Below, one piece after another: positions 18,765 through 27,902 of a DNA stretch of 32,000 nt (its first letter is position 1; the number at the start of each line of letters is the position of its first letter). The notes beneath the pieces were generated by a model. That model was not told where the DNA came from, searched no databases, and saw only the letters and a program-made list of their open reading frames with translations. Where the stretch lies: contig NZ_CP047931.1 of NCBI RefSeq assembly GCF_014280175.1, forward strand, positions 2,190,001-2,222,000, in the 5' to 3' direction. Source of the DNA: Synechococcus sp. A15-28 (GTDB lineage Bacteria; Cyanobacteriota; Cyanobacteriia; PCC-6307; Cyanobiaceae). Both the position numbers and the translations under genes were made by a program.

Positions 18765-21509
18765 TCAGCTCAGATCCGCCAAACGTTTGCGGGCCAGATC
18801 GGCCTGGGCCTGCTTCTCATCCAGGTTGGCCTGGCATTCCGCCACCACCTCCGGCGGTGCCTTATCGGCGAAGTTGGGGTTGCCCAGCCGGCCCGCCAGG
18901 CCCTTGATCTCCTTCTCGGCCTTGGCGATGTCTTTCTCGAGGCGGCCCTTGAGCGCATCGAGATCCACCAGGCCTTCGATGGGCAGCAGCACCTGCAGCT
19001 CACCGCTCACCCCCGCCAGGGCCTTGGCCACTGGAGCCGTATCCGCTTCCGCCGGCGCCATCACCGCCACCGACTCCGCCCGCGTCAACGCCGTGATGTC
19101 GGCCGTGCCCTGGTTGAGCACCGCCGCCAGCTCGCCGCGTCCGGTGACAAAGCGCACCGGCACCGATTGGGAGGGCTTGAGACCGGCCACCGCCCGAAGG
19201 TTGCGCACCACACGGATAGCACCGATCAGGTCTGCGAAGGAGGCTTCCAACGCGTCATCGAGGGCGCTCTCCTGCAGGGCCGGCCAGGGCTGCAGGGCCA
19301 GGAAGGTGGTCTCCGATTCGCCCGTGACGCTGTGCCAGAGCTCCTCGGTGAGGTGGGGCATCAACGGATGCAGCATCAGGTGCATCTGGCTGATCACCTT
19401 GGCCAGCACCTGCTTAGCCACCCGCTGATCAGCAAGGGCCTCGGCTGAGGGGTTCTCACCGGGATTGAGCCGGCGCTTGCTCAGCTCCAGATACCAGTCG
19501 CAGACGTCGTTCCAGGCGAACTCGTAGAGGCCCTTGGCCGCTTCACCCAAGCCATAGCTGCTGTAGCGCTCGGCCGTCTCCCGGTTCACCCGGGCCAAGC
19601 GCGACAAAATCCAGCGGTCTGCCAGTTGCAAGGCCGCGGGGTCAGGATCACCGAGTTGAGCCGGCGTTTCGTCGCCCAGGTTCATCAACGCGAAACGGGT
19701 GGCATTCCAGAGCTTGTTGGCGAAGTTGCGCGAGGCCTCCACCGTGGCGGAGGTGTCCTTCTTGCGGTCGTAATCGAGGCGGATGTCCTGACCCGCACCG
19801 GCCACTTCGCGCACCAGGGCGAAGCGCAGGGCATCGGTGCCGTAGCGGTCGATCAGCAGCAGCGGATCGATGCCGTTGCCGGCGCTCTTACTCATCTTGC
19901 GGTTCTGCTCGTCCCGCACCAGGCCATGGATGTAGACGTCCTGGAAGGGCATCTCACCGGTGAAGGCGCCGGCCATCATCGTCATCCGGGCCACCCAGAA
20001 AAAGATGATGTCGAAGCCCGTCACCAGGGTGCTGGTGGGGTACCAGCGCTGCAGGTCAGCGCTGTCAGCATCGGGCCAACCGAGGGTGGAGAAGGGCCAG
20101 AGGCCACTGGAGAACCAGGTGTCGAGCACGTCTTCGTCCTGCTCGATCTCCGCCGCCGCGCCGTACTCCGCCTTGGCCTTCGCCAGGGCTTCGGCTTCAT
20201 TGCGAGCCACTACATAAGGGGTGGTGTCGGTGTACTTGCCCCCGGACTCGCTGATCACGAACCAGGCGGGGATGCGATGCCCCCACCAGAGCTGGCGGCT
20301 GATGCACCAATCGCGGATGTCGGTGAGCCAGTCGCGATACACCTTCTCCCAGCGCTCGGGGATGAAGCGGGGGTCCTGCTTCTCGAGGGCTTCGCGGCAG
20401 CGCGCTGCCAGGGGCTCGGTTTTGACAAACCACTGGGTGGAGAGCAGGGGCTCCACCGGCACCTTGCCGCGATCGGAATAGGGAACGCTGTGGCGGTAGT
20501 CCTCCACCTTCACCAGCAGCCCCAGCTCCTCCAGGCCAGCCACCACGGCCTTGCGGGCCTCGAAACGATCCAGCCCCTCGAACTGGCCGGCCTCCTTGTT
20601 CATCGTGCCGTTCTTGCGCATCACCGTGATCTGGGGCAGACCGTGGCGCTGGCCGATGGCGAAATCGTTGGGGTCGTGGGCCGGTGTCACCTTGACGCAA
20701 CCGGTGCCGAACTCCTTCTCCACGTGGTCGTCGGCCACGATCGGAATCTCCCGCCCCACAAACGGCAGGGTGAGGGTCTGGCCCACCAGGTGGGCGTAGC
20801 GCTCGTCGGTGGGATTCACCGCCACCGCCGTGTCACCAAGCATCGTTTCGGGCCGGGTGGTGGCCACCTCCAGATGGCCATCGCCGCTGCTGAGCGGATA
20901 GCGGAAATGCCAGAGGTGGCCGTCCACCTCCTTCATCTCCACCTCGAGGTCGCTCACCGCCGAACCGGAGGCGGGGCACCAGTTCACCAGGTACTCACCG
21001 CGGTAAATCAGCCCCTGCTCATGCAGCCGAACGAAGGCCTCCTTCACCGCCTCACTCAGACCCTCATCCAGGGTGAAGCGCTGGCGCTTCCAATCCACGG
21101 AATAACCCAGCCGCCGCAGCTGGCCCACGATCCGGCCACCGCTTTCGGCCTTCCACTGCCAGGCCCGCTCCAGAAACGCCTCACGGCCGAGGTCGTGGCG
21201 GGTCTTGCCCTCCTCCTTCAGCTGCTTCTCGAGGATCGTCTGCACCGCAATCGAGGCGTGGTCGGTGCCCGGCAGGCAGAGCACGTTCTTCCCCGCCAGG
21301 CGTTGGTAGCGCACGATCGTGTCGATCAGGGCCGTGTTGAAGGCATGGCCCATGTGCAGGCTGCCGGTCACATTCGGCGGCGGGATCACCACCGAGAACG
21401 GGTCACCGGGGGCCTTCGGGTCGGGATGGAAGGCGCCCTGGTCCTCCCAGGCCTGCTGCCAGCGGGCCTCCGTGCCAACCGGGTCATAGGTCTTGGCCAG
21501 TTCGGGCAC
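18765..21509 (-). CDS. valS: Valine--tRNA ligase
   Basis: 914 aa. HIGH-type motif [19 protein letters not shown] motif present ([10 protein letters not shown]), and a C-terminal coiled coil. GTG start in the track. Confidence 0.95.
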   Translation of the reverse strand: MPELAKTYDPVGTEARWQQAWEDQGAFHPDPKAPGDPFSVVIPPPNVTGSLHMGHAFNTALIDTIVRYQRLAGKNVLCLPGTDHASIAVQTILEKQLKEEGKTRHDLGREAFLERAWQWKAESGGRIVGQLRRLGYSVDWKRQRFTLDEGLSEAVKEAFVRLHEQGLIYRGEYLVNWCPASGSAVSDLEVEMKEVDGHLWHFRYPLSSGDGHLEVATTRPETMLGDTAVAVNPTDERYAHLVGQTLTLPFVGREIPIVADDHVEKEFGTGCVKVTPAHDPNDFAIGQRHGLPQITVMRKNGTMNKEAGQFEGLDRFEARKAVVAGLEELGLLVKVEDYRHSVPYSDRGKVPVEPLLSTQWFVKTEPLAARCREALEKQDPRFIPERWEKVYRDWLTDIRDWCISRQLWWGHRIPAWFVISESGGKYTDTTPYVVARNEAEALAKAKAEYGAAAEIEQDEDVLDTWFSSGLWPFSTLGWPDADSADLQRWYPTSTLVTGFDIIFFWVARMTMMAGAFTGEMPFQDVYIHGLVRDEQNRKMSKSAGNGIDPLLLIDRYGTDALRFALVREVAGAGQDIRLDYDRKKDTSATVEASRNFANKLWNATRFALMNLGDETPAQLGDPDPAALQLADRWILSRLARVNRETAERYSSYGLGEAAKGLYEFAWNDVCDWYLELSKRRLNPGENPSAEALADQRVAKQVLAKVISQMHLMLHPLMPHLTEELWHSVTGESETTFLALQPWPALQESALDDALEASFADLIGAIRVVRNLRAVAGLKPSQSVPVRFVTGRGELAAVLNQGTADITALTRAESVAVMAPAEADTAPVAKALAGVSGELQVLLPIEGLVDLDALKGRLEKDIAKAEKEIKGLAGRLGNPNFADKAPPEVVAECQANLDEKQAQADLARKRLADLS

Positions 21510-21598
21510 GAGAGGCAGAGAATCGGTGCGGCCATGGTCGCAAAAGGTGCTGACGGCCTAAGCGACTCTTCCTAAGCTCAGTACACGCCGTTGATGCC

Positions 21599-22844
21599 AT
21601 GACTGCCGGGTTAAGTCGAGCGTGGCTCGTGGGCCTGACGGCAGGGCTGTTGAGCGGCTGTAGTGCCATCGATGCACTGCATCCGTCAGCGGTGCTGGAC
21701 ATCGTCCGCACCATCGACAACAAAGCCAACATCACAACGCAGGATTACGAACAGCTGGAGTACATCTCGAATCTGGTGTTCCAGCAGATCCGTGACATCG
21801 ATCCACAGATCCAACCTCAGCTGCAGCTGCAATCCAGCACAAACTTCATCGACGAGATCCGCCAGCAAACGGACAGCGGCTTCGTGCCTGATTTGATCAT
21901 CACCGACAGCGAAACAGCACTGGCGCTGTACCGATCGCGGCTGATCGATCCAATCCAACTTTCGGAGCAGGACCGCCAGAACACCCCCCAAAGCCTGCTC
22001 GATCTGGTCACCGCCAAGAACGGCGCCCTGGTAGCGCGCCCCTCAATCAATTCGTGCAGCTGGCTTGCTTCAACAAAGAGCGCCTGCCCACGTCTCCAAG
22101 GACGTTGGAGGACCTGAAACAGAGCAGCAGTGACGCCACCTTCGGCATGGCCGTCCAGCTCAAGGATCTGTTCTGGAGTGCGGAGGCCTTCGATGCCGGC
22201 CCGGCCCTGAAGGCCGCAATGGATTCTTCAGGTACAAGTCAAGTCGACTACGAGACGGTAACCGCCTGGCTGAGTTGGCTGGTGGACTCCAGCTACCAGC
22301 AGAACATCCGTTTTCTCAACAACCAGGGCAACCTCAGAGACGGACTGATACAAGGCGAACTCGACTGGATCACCTGCTGGAGCAACAATCTCAGAGGTCT
22401 GAAGCTGAAGCTGGGCGACAGGCTCGGAGTGACGGCCCTCCCAAAGGGCCGAATCAGAACCGCACCGCCACCACGCGTCTGGAGGTCTGGGCCCTGGGCC
22501 GAAACTCCAGCCCGCTGCAGCGGCGGAAAGCCTTGTTGATGGTGGAATTCGTCACCAAGCCCTGGGCTCAGAAGACCTACTCCCTCACCACCAAAAACTC
22601 CATGCCAGTGAGCCAGAAGGCGGCCACGGTGGTGGCATCGAAAATCCCTGGCGGCAATGAAGCCCTGCGCAACTACGTCAGCGCTGAGGGACTCATAGAC
22701 AAAATGCGCGTGAAAGCACGGATTTTCCGCGACCCCGTTCGCTACGAAATCATCTCCGATGCCCTGCTCGACACCATCTACGACATCCAAACCCCCGAAC
22801 AGGGGGCTGAACAAATCCTGCAGGGCCTGAGGGAGAAGCGCTGA
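21599..22844 (+). pseudogene. Extracellular solute-binding lipoprotein (ABC family-1 SBP type) disrupted by two 1-nt frameshifts
   Basis: Three consecutive track ORFs in frames shifted by -1 each (21599.., 22054.., 22275..) read as one SBP. The N-terminus has a lipoprotein signal (LTAGLLSGC). At junction 1, the C4 run at 22039-22042, adding one C gives ...NGALVARPLNQFVQLACFNKERL. At junction 2, around 22446-22450 (GGGCC), adding one base gives ...LGVTALPKGPNQNRTATTRLEVWALG. The repaired length of about 415 aa is typical for this family. Confidence 0.65.
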
Positions 22845-24160
22845 TGCTCCAGGATCTGAACCGGGAAGTGGTCACCTGGCTGGGCTATCTCCAGCGGGGT
22901 TCCGTACTGCTGCAGCTGGCGATCGTGGTGAGCACGTTGCTGGTCGACAAGCGCAGTAGATGGACCCGTCGCCTGGACTCCGAAGTCTTCAGCACCTTTG
23001 CAGAACTGGTCGCCCCATTGCTGCTGATGCTGTTAGGGGCTGCCATCAAAGCGTTGGGTTTCCCCGGTGGCTTGGTGCAGTACCTGGCCACACTCTGGCT
23101 GCTGTGGCGGCTGTTCAAACCCATCAACTTGCTCGTGGAGCAGCGCTTCCCGAACTTGCCGGTGAATGAACTGGATCGAATGCTGTTCCGGCCCTTGTTG
23201 CTGGTGTTCACGGTGCTCAGTTTCTTCCAGATCCTGGGCAGCCGCGAATCCCTGGCCATCATTGAAATCGGGGACGTCTTCGGGGTAACCCTCACCGTGG
23301 GCAAGCTGTTCACAGCCCTGACAATCACCTACCTGATCGTCGCCTACGCCAAGCGTCCCGCTGCGCTGGTGGCCTGGCTGGGGGGCTACTACATCGGACT
23401 GAAACCCCAGGGACAACGGGCTTTGGAAGTCATCCTCCAGTACTCGGTAATCGGCGTCGGCGTGATGGGGGTGGCGTATTACATCGGCATCAACGGAACC
23501 GCCCTGGTGGCGGTGGCCGGGGGCCTCTCAGTGGGCATCGGCTTCGGTATCAAGGAGATCGTCTCCAACTTCATCAGCAGCCTCTGGCTGTTGTTTGAAG
23601 GTTCGGTTCGCCCGGGCGAGATCCTGATGATCAACGGCGACCCCTGCAACGTGCGCAAGCTGGGGCTGCGGGCCACCCAATTGCGCCGGGGCCGCGATGG
23701 AGCGGAACTGCTGATCCCCAACCAGAACTTCTTCACCCAGGAGGCGGAGTCGTACACCGCGGAGGAAACCTCACGCCGCGACGCGGTTGTTGTTGGTGCT
23801 CCTTACCACCATGAGCCCAAACAGGTGATTGCGATCCTTGTCGAGGTCGCCCAGCAGCACGAGAAGGTCCTCCAATACCCTCCCCCGGCAGCGTTCACCA
23901 TCGATTTCGCCGACTCCTCGATCAACTACAAGCTGCTGTTCTGGGTACGCAATCCCCTGGAAGCCTTTGGTGTGGGGAGCGACTTACGCCAAGCCATCTG
24001 GACGGCATTTGAGAAGAACGGAATCGGCATTCCCTTCCCCCAGCGCCAGGTGTATCCCATGGAATGGCCCCCTTCCAAGGAGCAAACCCACAGGATCGGT
24101 AGCCCCTCCAATCAGCTGCAGGCCGATGCAGGAAAAGACTCAGCTGGCGAGGCGCCGTAG
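22844..24160 (+). CDS. Mechanosensitive ion channel protein (MscS family)
   Basis: 438 aa. Several N-terminal TM helices followed by the MscS core GIGFGIKEIVSNFISSLWLLFEGSVRPGEILMINGDPCNVRKLGLRATQL. The ATG overlaps the upstream stop by 1 nt (TGATG). Confidence 0.85.
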   Translation: MLQDLNREVVTWLGYLQRGSVLLQLAIVVSTLLVDKRSRWTRRLDSEVFSTFAELVAPLLLMLLGAAIKALGFPGGLVQYLATLWLLWRLFKPINLLVEQRFPNLPVNELDRMLFRPLLLVFTVLSFFQILGSRESLAIIEIGDVFGVTLTVGKLFTALTITYLIVAYAKRPAALVAWLGGYYIGLKPQGQRALEVILQYSVIGVGVMGVAYYIGINGTALVAVAGGLSVGIGFGIKEIVSNFISSLWLLFEGSVRPGEILMINGDPCNVRKLGLRATQLRRGRDGAELLIPNQNFFTQEAESYTAEETSRRDAVVVGAPYHHEPKQVIAILVEVAQQHEKVLQYPPPAAFTIDFADSSINYKLLFWVRNPLEAFGVGSDLRQAIWTAFEKNGIGIPFPQRQVYPMEWPPSKEQTHRIGSPSNQLQADAGKDSAGEAP

Positions 24161-24763
24161 GTAATCCTCCTGGCGTCCGGCGTTGATCCAACCGGTGGCG
24201 ATCAATTTGCTGGCTTGATGATTCACGCGCCCGCGGTGGATGTGGGACGGACCAGCCGGAAAGATCAGCAACTTGCCCCGCTCCGCTGGTTCGTGGTGCC
24301 CCTGCCAGTGGAACTCGGTTCCTGCTTCATCCACGTCGTTGCAATAGAGAATCCAGGCCAGCACCCGATGCACCGGTTCGGTGGCCTCATCGCTGATGGT
24401 CCAATCGCAGTGCCAGCGCTTGAAGCCTTCGCCCGGGGCGTAGTGCTGAAGGTTGAAGATCGGGTTCACAAACAAGGCCTGCTCCGGGCAGCAGTCACGG
24501 AACAGCGGTCGCTCCTGCAGATAACGGTCCAGGCCCGCTGAAACACCTCGCAGAATCAACTGCGCCAACGCGAAGGATTCAGGATCCGAACGATCCATCG
24601 CCACCAGGCTGATGTCGGTGCTCTGTTTCGCCGGTTCACCCTCCCCCTCCGGTCCGAAGGCCACGCCAGGCCGCTGCAAATCCACCCGGCGCTCGAAGAA
24701 CTCACGCACCGCGTCGGCCACCGAGGCGTAACCGGGATTGCTGTAGTGCCCGATCAGGTTCAT
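24140..24763 (-). CDS. 2OG-Fe(II) oxygenase superfamily protein (type common in marine cyanobacteria and cyanophages)
   Basis: 207 aa. Candidate HxD...H iron triad (WHCDW ... HIHRG) and overall resemblance to the small putative 2OG-Fe(II) oxygenases I recall from picocyanobacteria. ATGA overlap with the upstream gene. Confidence 0.6.
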   Translation of the reverse strand: MNLIGHYSNPGYASVADAVREFFERRVDLQRPGVAFGPEGEGEPAKQSTDISLVAMDRSDPESFALAQLILRGVSAGLDRYLQERPLFRDCCPEQALFVNPIFNLQHYAPGEGFKRWHCDWTISDEATEPVHRVLAWILYCNDVDEAGTEFHWQGHHEPAERGKLLIFPAGPSHIHRGRVNHQASKLIATGWINAGRQEDYLRRLAS

Positions 24764-25221
24764 GACGCAGCCTCCCGGCGGGGGATGGCCACCACCGCAT
24801 CCAAGGCCTGCCAGCGGCCCCGATCGGCCAGCACCTCGTCCTGCAACTGAACCCTCTCGATCACCGCCGCGGCCCGATCGAGATCCAGATGCACACCAGG
24901 CCCCATCGGCAGCACCAGCACCTGTTGCTCCGCCGGATCCGCCATCACCTGCAGATCCAGATCCTCCAGTTCCCGCTCAAAGAACACCCGCCGCATGCGT
25001 GTGGTCACCGTCGGGCCGAGGGCCTCAACAAAGCGGGACATCCCCGCCTCATCCCCGGCACAGCCGCAGTTGAGCGACATCCAGATCAGCAACTTCACCC
25101 AGCTGTCCACCGACCACAGCGGCTGAAAACTCTCGCGGTGCTGCCGCACGAGCTCGCCGATGGCGAAATCAAACAGGGTGGCCTGCAGGCCAGTGGCGTC
25201 AGCGGAATCCATGGCGTTCAT
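24760..25221 (-). CDS. Hypothetical protein
   Basis: 153 aa with an ATG start. Coding-like composition. Its stop overlaps the next gene's start (ATGA). No family recognised. Confidence 0.55.
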   Translation of the reverse strand: MNAMDSADATGLQATLFDFAIGELVRQHRESFQPLWSVDSWVKLLIWMSLNCGCAGDEAGMSRFVEALGPTVTTRMRRVFFERELEDLDLQVMADPAEQQVLVLPMGPGVHLDLDRAAAVIERVQLQDEVLADRGRWQALDAVVAIPRREAAS

Positions 25222-25266
25222 CCTCTCCTGCGAGAGGTCAGACTGGAAGTACTGGCTGCTCTCCCC

Positions 25267-25524
25267 ATGGCCCTGGATCTCAACGATCCCGAACTTGAAT
25301 TCTCCGATCTGGTCTACGCCTACCAGAGCTGGGTGATGGCGGTGATCAACGACGAGAAGCTCGGCGGTGACGACAAATTGCTGACCGATGACATCACCGA
25401 GGACGCCCTGAATGCCATGCGCTTCCTCCCCGGTGAAGTGACCAGTGCCATTGAAACCAGCCTGGCCCGCGTTTACGACGTGGATGCCGATGAGCTGGCG
25501 GAACTGCTCTTCCCCGAAGACTGA
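25267..25524 (+). CDS. Small acidic hypothetical protein (85 aa)
   Basis: The track ORF 24889..25524 overlaps the opposite-strand gene for most of its length. The internal ATG at 25267 gives MALDLNDPELEFSDLVYAYQSWVMAVINDEKLGGDDK...ELAELLFPED, which is strongly acidic. It ends 8 nt before the SDR gene. Confidence 0.5.
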   Translation: MALDLNDPELEFSDLVYAYQSWVMAVINDEKLGGDDKLLTDDITEDALNAMRFLPGEVTSAIETSLARVYDVDADELAELLFPED

Positions 25525-25532
25525 ACCCAGCC

Positions 25533-26450
25533 ATGGTCTGGACCGCTGATGCCATTCCCTCCCAGGAGGGGAGAATTGCGCTTGTCACAGGGGCGAACAG
25601 CGGATTGGGTCTGGCCACAGCCCGAGCCCTGAGTGCCTGTGGCGCCACCGTGGTGATGGCCTGTCGATCCCGGCGTAAGGGTGAAACGGCGCGAAGCCAG
25701 CTTCTGGAAGCAGGGCTCACCGGCCTGGATCTTCTCGAGCTCGACCTGGCGGACCTGAACAGCGTCCGCCGCGCGGCATCCGAGGTGAGCGATCGATACG
25801 GACACGTCGATCTGCTGTTCAACAACGCCGGGGTGATGGCGCCACCACGCACCCTCACAAAGCAGGGGTATGAACTGCAATTGGGCGTTAACCACTTGGG
25901 CCATATGGCCCTCACCCTGCAACTGCTGCCGCTGATGCAGGGCCGCAACGACGCCCGGGTGGTGACGGTGACCTCCGGTGCCCAGTATTTCGGCCGCATT
26001 CGCTGGGACGACCCCAGCTGGGACGAGGGCTATGACCGTTACGGCGCCTACAGCCAGAGCAAGCTGGCCAATGTGATGTTTGCCCTGGAGCTGGAGGCGC
26101 GGCAACAGGAACAAGGTGGCAGCATCCGCTCTCTGGCAGCCCACCCCGGCCTGGCCCGAACCGATCTGCAACCGACGGCCATCGCCACGGGTGGCAACCG
26201 CTTTGAGGCACTGGCTTACCGCCTGATGGATCCTTTGTTTCAGAGCGCCGCCATGGGGGCCCTGCCTCAACTGCATGCCGCCACGGCGGAGACGGCGCAG
26301 GGGGGAGAGCACTACGGCCCGGACCAACTGGGGGGCATGCGTGGCCACCCAACCCGCTGCCGCATCGCTCCTGCCGCCCTCGACCGTGAGCAGCGTCAAC
26401 GGCTCTGGCAACTCAGCGAAGAGTTGGCTGGTGGCCTTCTGAAGCCATGA
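25533..26450 (+). CDS. Short-chain dehydrogenase/reductase (classical SDR)
   Basis: 305 aa. Cofactor motif VTGANSGLGLATA (TGxxxGxG), NNAGVM, and catalytic YSQSK (YxxxK). Confidence 0.85.
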   Translation: MVWTADAIPSQEGRIALVTGANSGLGLATARALSACGATVVMACRSRRKGETARSQLLEAGLTGLDLLELDLADLNSVRRAASEVSDRYGHVDLLFNNAGVMAPPRTLTKQGYELQLGVNHLGHMALTLQLLPLMQGRNDARVVTVTSGAQYFGRIRWDDPSWDEGYDRYGAYSQSKLANVMFALELEARQQEQGGSIRSLAAHPGLARTDLQPTAIATGGNRFEALAYRLMDPLFQSAAMGALPQLHAATAETAQGGEHYGPDQLGGMRGHPTRCRIAPAALDREQRQRLWQLSEELAGGLLKP

Positions 26451-26854
26451 CAATTAGTTCCTCGCCTGCCTTGAACCCCCGTCAACAGGCATTGCTGACG
26501 GCTCTCAACGCCTGTGGGGATGAAATGAGTGGCCAAGAGCTGCATCGCAGCCTCGATAAGACGGTCTCCATGGGACTGGCCACGGTGTACCGCAACCTGC
26601 GACAACTGCAGCAACGGGGCCTGGTGCGCTGTCGGCATCTGCCCACGGGTGAAGCGCTGTATGCCCCCGTGGACCGGGATCGCCACCACCTCACCTGTGT
26701 GGACTGTGGGAAGACCCAGGTGCTGGATCATTGCCCGATTCATGGCATCGACATCCCCGCGGAAAGTCGAGCTGACTTCGAATTGTTGTTTCACACGCTT
26801 GAATTCTTCGGACTGTGCAGCAGCTGCCGCCCGCAGCCGACCTCCGAACCATGA
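26447..26854 (+). CDS. Fur-family metalloregulator (possibly Zur)
   Basis: 135 aa. Winged-helix region (GLATVYRNLRQLQQRGLV), HHLTCVDCG and C-terminal CSSC metal-site motifs. ATGA overlaps on both sides. The Zur assignment is an inference and not demonstrable from the sequence alone, so no symbol is given. Confidence 0.75.
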   Translation: MTISSSPALNPRQQALLTALNACGDEMSGQELHRSLDKTVSMGLATVYRNLRQLQQRGLVRCRHLPTGEALYAPVDRDRHHLTCVDCGKTQVLDHCPIHGIDIPAESRADFELLFHTLEFFGLCSSCRPQPTSEP

Positions 26855-27588
26855 CCCTGGCCGCGACCTACTACGGAGCCAACGGCTGGCTCCTGGAATT
26901 CAACAACCTGCGGGTTCTCGTGGATCCCTGGCTTCGGGGAAGCCTGGGTTTTCCGCCGGGATCCTGGCTTCTGAAAGGGGTTCTCCCCCATGAGCGTCCC
27001 GCACCCGGGACCCTCGATCTGCTGCTGCTGACGCAGGGGCTGGCGGACCACAGCCACCCCGAAACGCTGGACCTCCTGCCCCGTGATCTGCCCGTCATCG
27101 GTTCGGCCTCCGCAGCACGGGTGGTGAACTCCCTTGGATTTCAGACCGTCACCAGCCTCAGACCAGGAGAGACGGCTAACCATAGGGGGCTGACGGTGCG
27201 CGCCACTGCCGGAGCCCCCGTTCCCATGGTGGAAAACGGCTACCTCCTGGAGCATGAGTCTGGGCAGCTGTACCTGGAGCCCCATGGCTTCCTGGATCCA
27301 ACCCTGCCCGAGCAACCCCTGGATGCTGTGATTACGCCGATGGTGGACCTGGGTCTTCCGGCCTTCGGGACCTTTGTCAAAGGCCGAAGCGTGGCCGCGG
27401 AACTGGTGCAGCGTTTTCACCCAGCCATCATGCTGGCCAGCACCTCCGGCGGCGATGTTCGCTTCAGCGGAGCCCTCAGTGGAATCCTTCAGATGAACGG
27501 GTCCGTGGAGCAGACCGGCCGTGACCTGCCGACGAGCACCCGATGGCTGGACCCCAGCCCGGGAGAGCGTTTGATGCTGAAACCGTAA
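26851..27588 (+). CDS. MBL-fold metallo-hydrolase family protein
   Basis: The ATG at 26851 (ATGA overlap with the fur-family stop) gives MTLAATYYGANGWLLEFNNLRVLVDPWL... with LLLTQGLADHSHPETL (degenerate HxHxDH region). About 245 aa. Confidence 0.6.
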   Translation: MTLAATYYGANGWLLEFNNLRVLVDPWLRGSLGFPPGSWLLKGVLPHERPAPGTLDLLLLTQGLADHSHPETLDLLPRDLPVIGSASAARVVNSLGFQTVTSLRPGETANHRGLTVRATAGAPVPMVENGYLLEHESGQLYLEPHGFLDPTLPEQPLDAVITPMVDLGLPAFGTFVKGRSVAAELVQRFHPAIMLASTSGGDVRFSGALSGILQMNGSVEQTGRDLPTSTRWLDPSPGERLMLKP

Positions 27589-27634
27589 GCAAAGAGATTC
27601 TTACTGACTGGAGGGGAACAACCGGAGGAATCGC

Positions 27635-27652
27635 GTTACAGTTCGTTACAGA
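27635..27652 (+). promoter_or_regulatory. HLR1-type direct repeat (candidate RpaB binding site) upstream of the HLIP gene
   Basis: GTTACAgt-tc-GTTACAga consists of two perfect GTTACA hexamers with 10-bp periodicity. This matches the published HLR1 layout (G/T)TTACA(T/A)(T/A)-N2-(G/T)TTACA(T/A)(T/A), except for G at position 7 of each 8-mer. It ends 16 nt before the hli ATG. Confidence 0.6.
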
Positions 27653-27668
27653 TCAAACGAAATCCCCG

Positions 27669-27899
27669 ATGGCCAACAGCAACGACAGCTGGTTCCAGAC
27701 CACCGCAGCCCGTGAAATTCACCTGGAACAGCTCAAGCAGGCTGAGCGTTTCAATGGCCGCGCCGCCATGCTCGGCATCGTGATCGGAATCATCACCGAA
27801 GGACTCACCGGAGCAGGCATTGCCCACCAGATTGGCCTCGGTCCCCTTGTGGACGGCTATGCCGCCTGCCGCACCCAGTTTCTTCCCTTCTGCTTCTGA
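27669..27899 (+). CDS. hli: High light-inducible protein (CAB/ELIP/HLIP family, single helix)
   Basis: The ATG at 27669 gives a 76-aa protein with the chlorophyll-binding helix signature AERFNGRAAMLGIVIGIITEGLTG. The longer track ORF (27543) overlaps the upstream gene. Confidence 0.85.
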   Translation: MANSNDSWFQTTAAREIHLEQLKQAERFNGRAAMLGIVIGIITEGLTGAGIAHQIGLGPLVDGYAACRTQFLPFCF

Positions 27900-27902
27900 C
27901 CC

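Noticed and set aside
17879-18907. 342-aa plus-strand ORF
   Set aside because: It is antisense to the ABC ATPase and the valS 3' end, and its translation is Pro/Arg/Gln/His-rich and not protein-like.
19626-21575. 649-aa plus-strand ORF, the second-longest ORF in the window
   Set aside because: It is entirely antisense to valS, which has unmistakable HIGH and KMSKS motifs. Its translation is Gly/Ala/Arg/His/Leu-rich with no motifs. Long stop-free antisense frames are expected in GC-rich coding DNA.
21557-21577. 7-nt direct repeat CCTAAGC x2 (21557-21563 and 21571-21577) in the valS/SBP divergent region
   Set aside because: The 14-bp spacing is not helical-phase. My rough estimate is about 0.2 chance occurrences of some repeated 7-mer in a 90-bp region, so this is not significant on its own.
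25473-26453. 326-aa minus-strand ORF
   Set aside because: It is antisense to the SDR gene, which has clear TGxxxGxG and YxxxK motifs.
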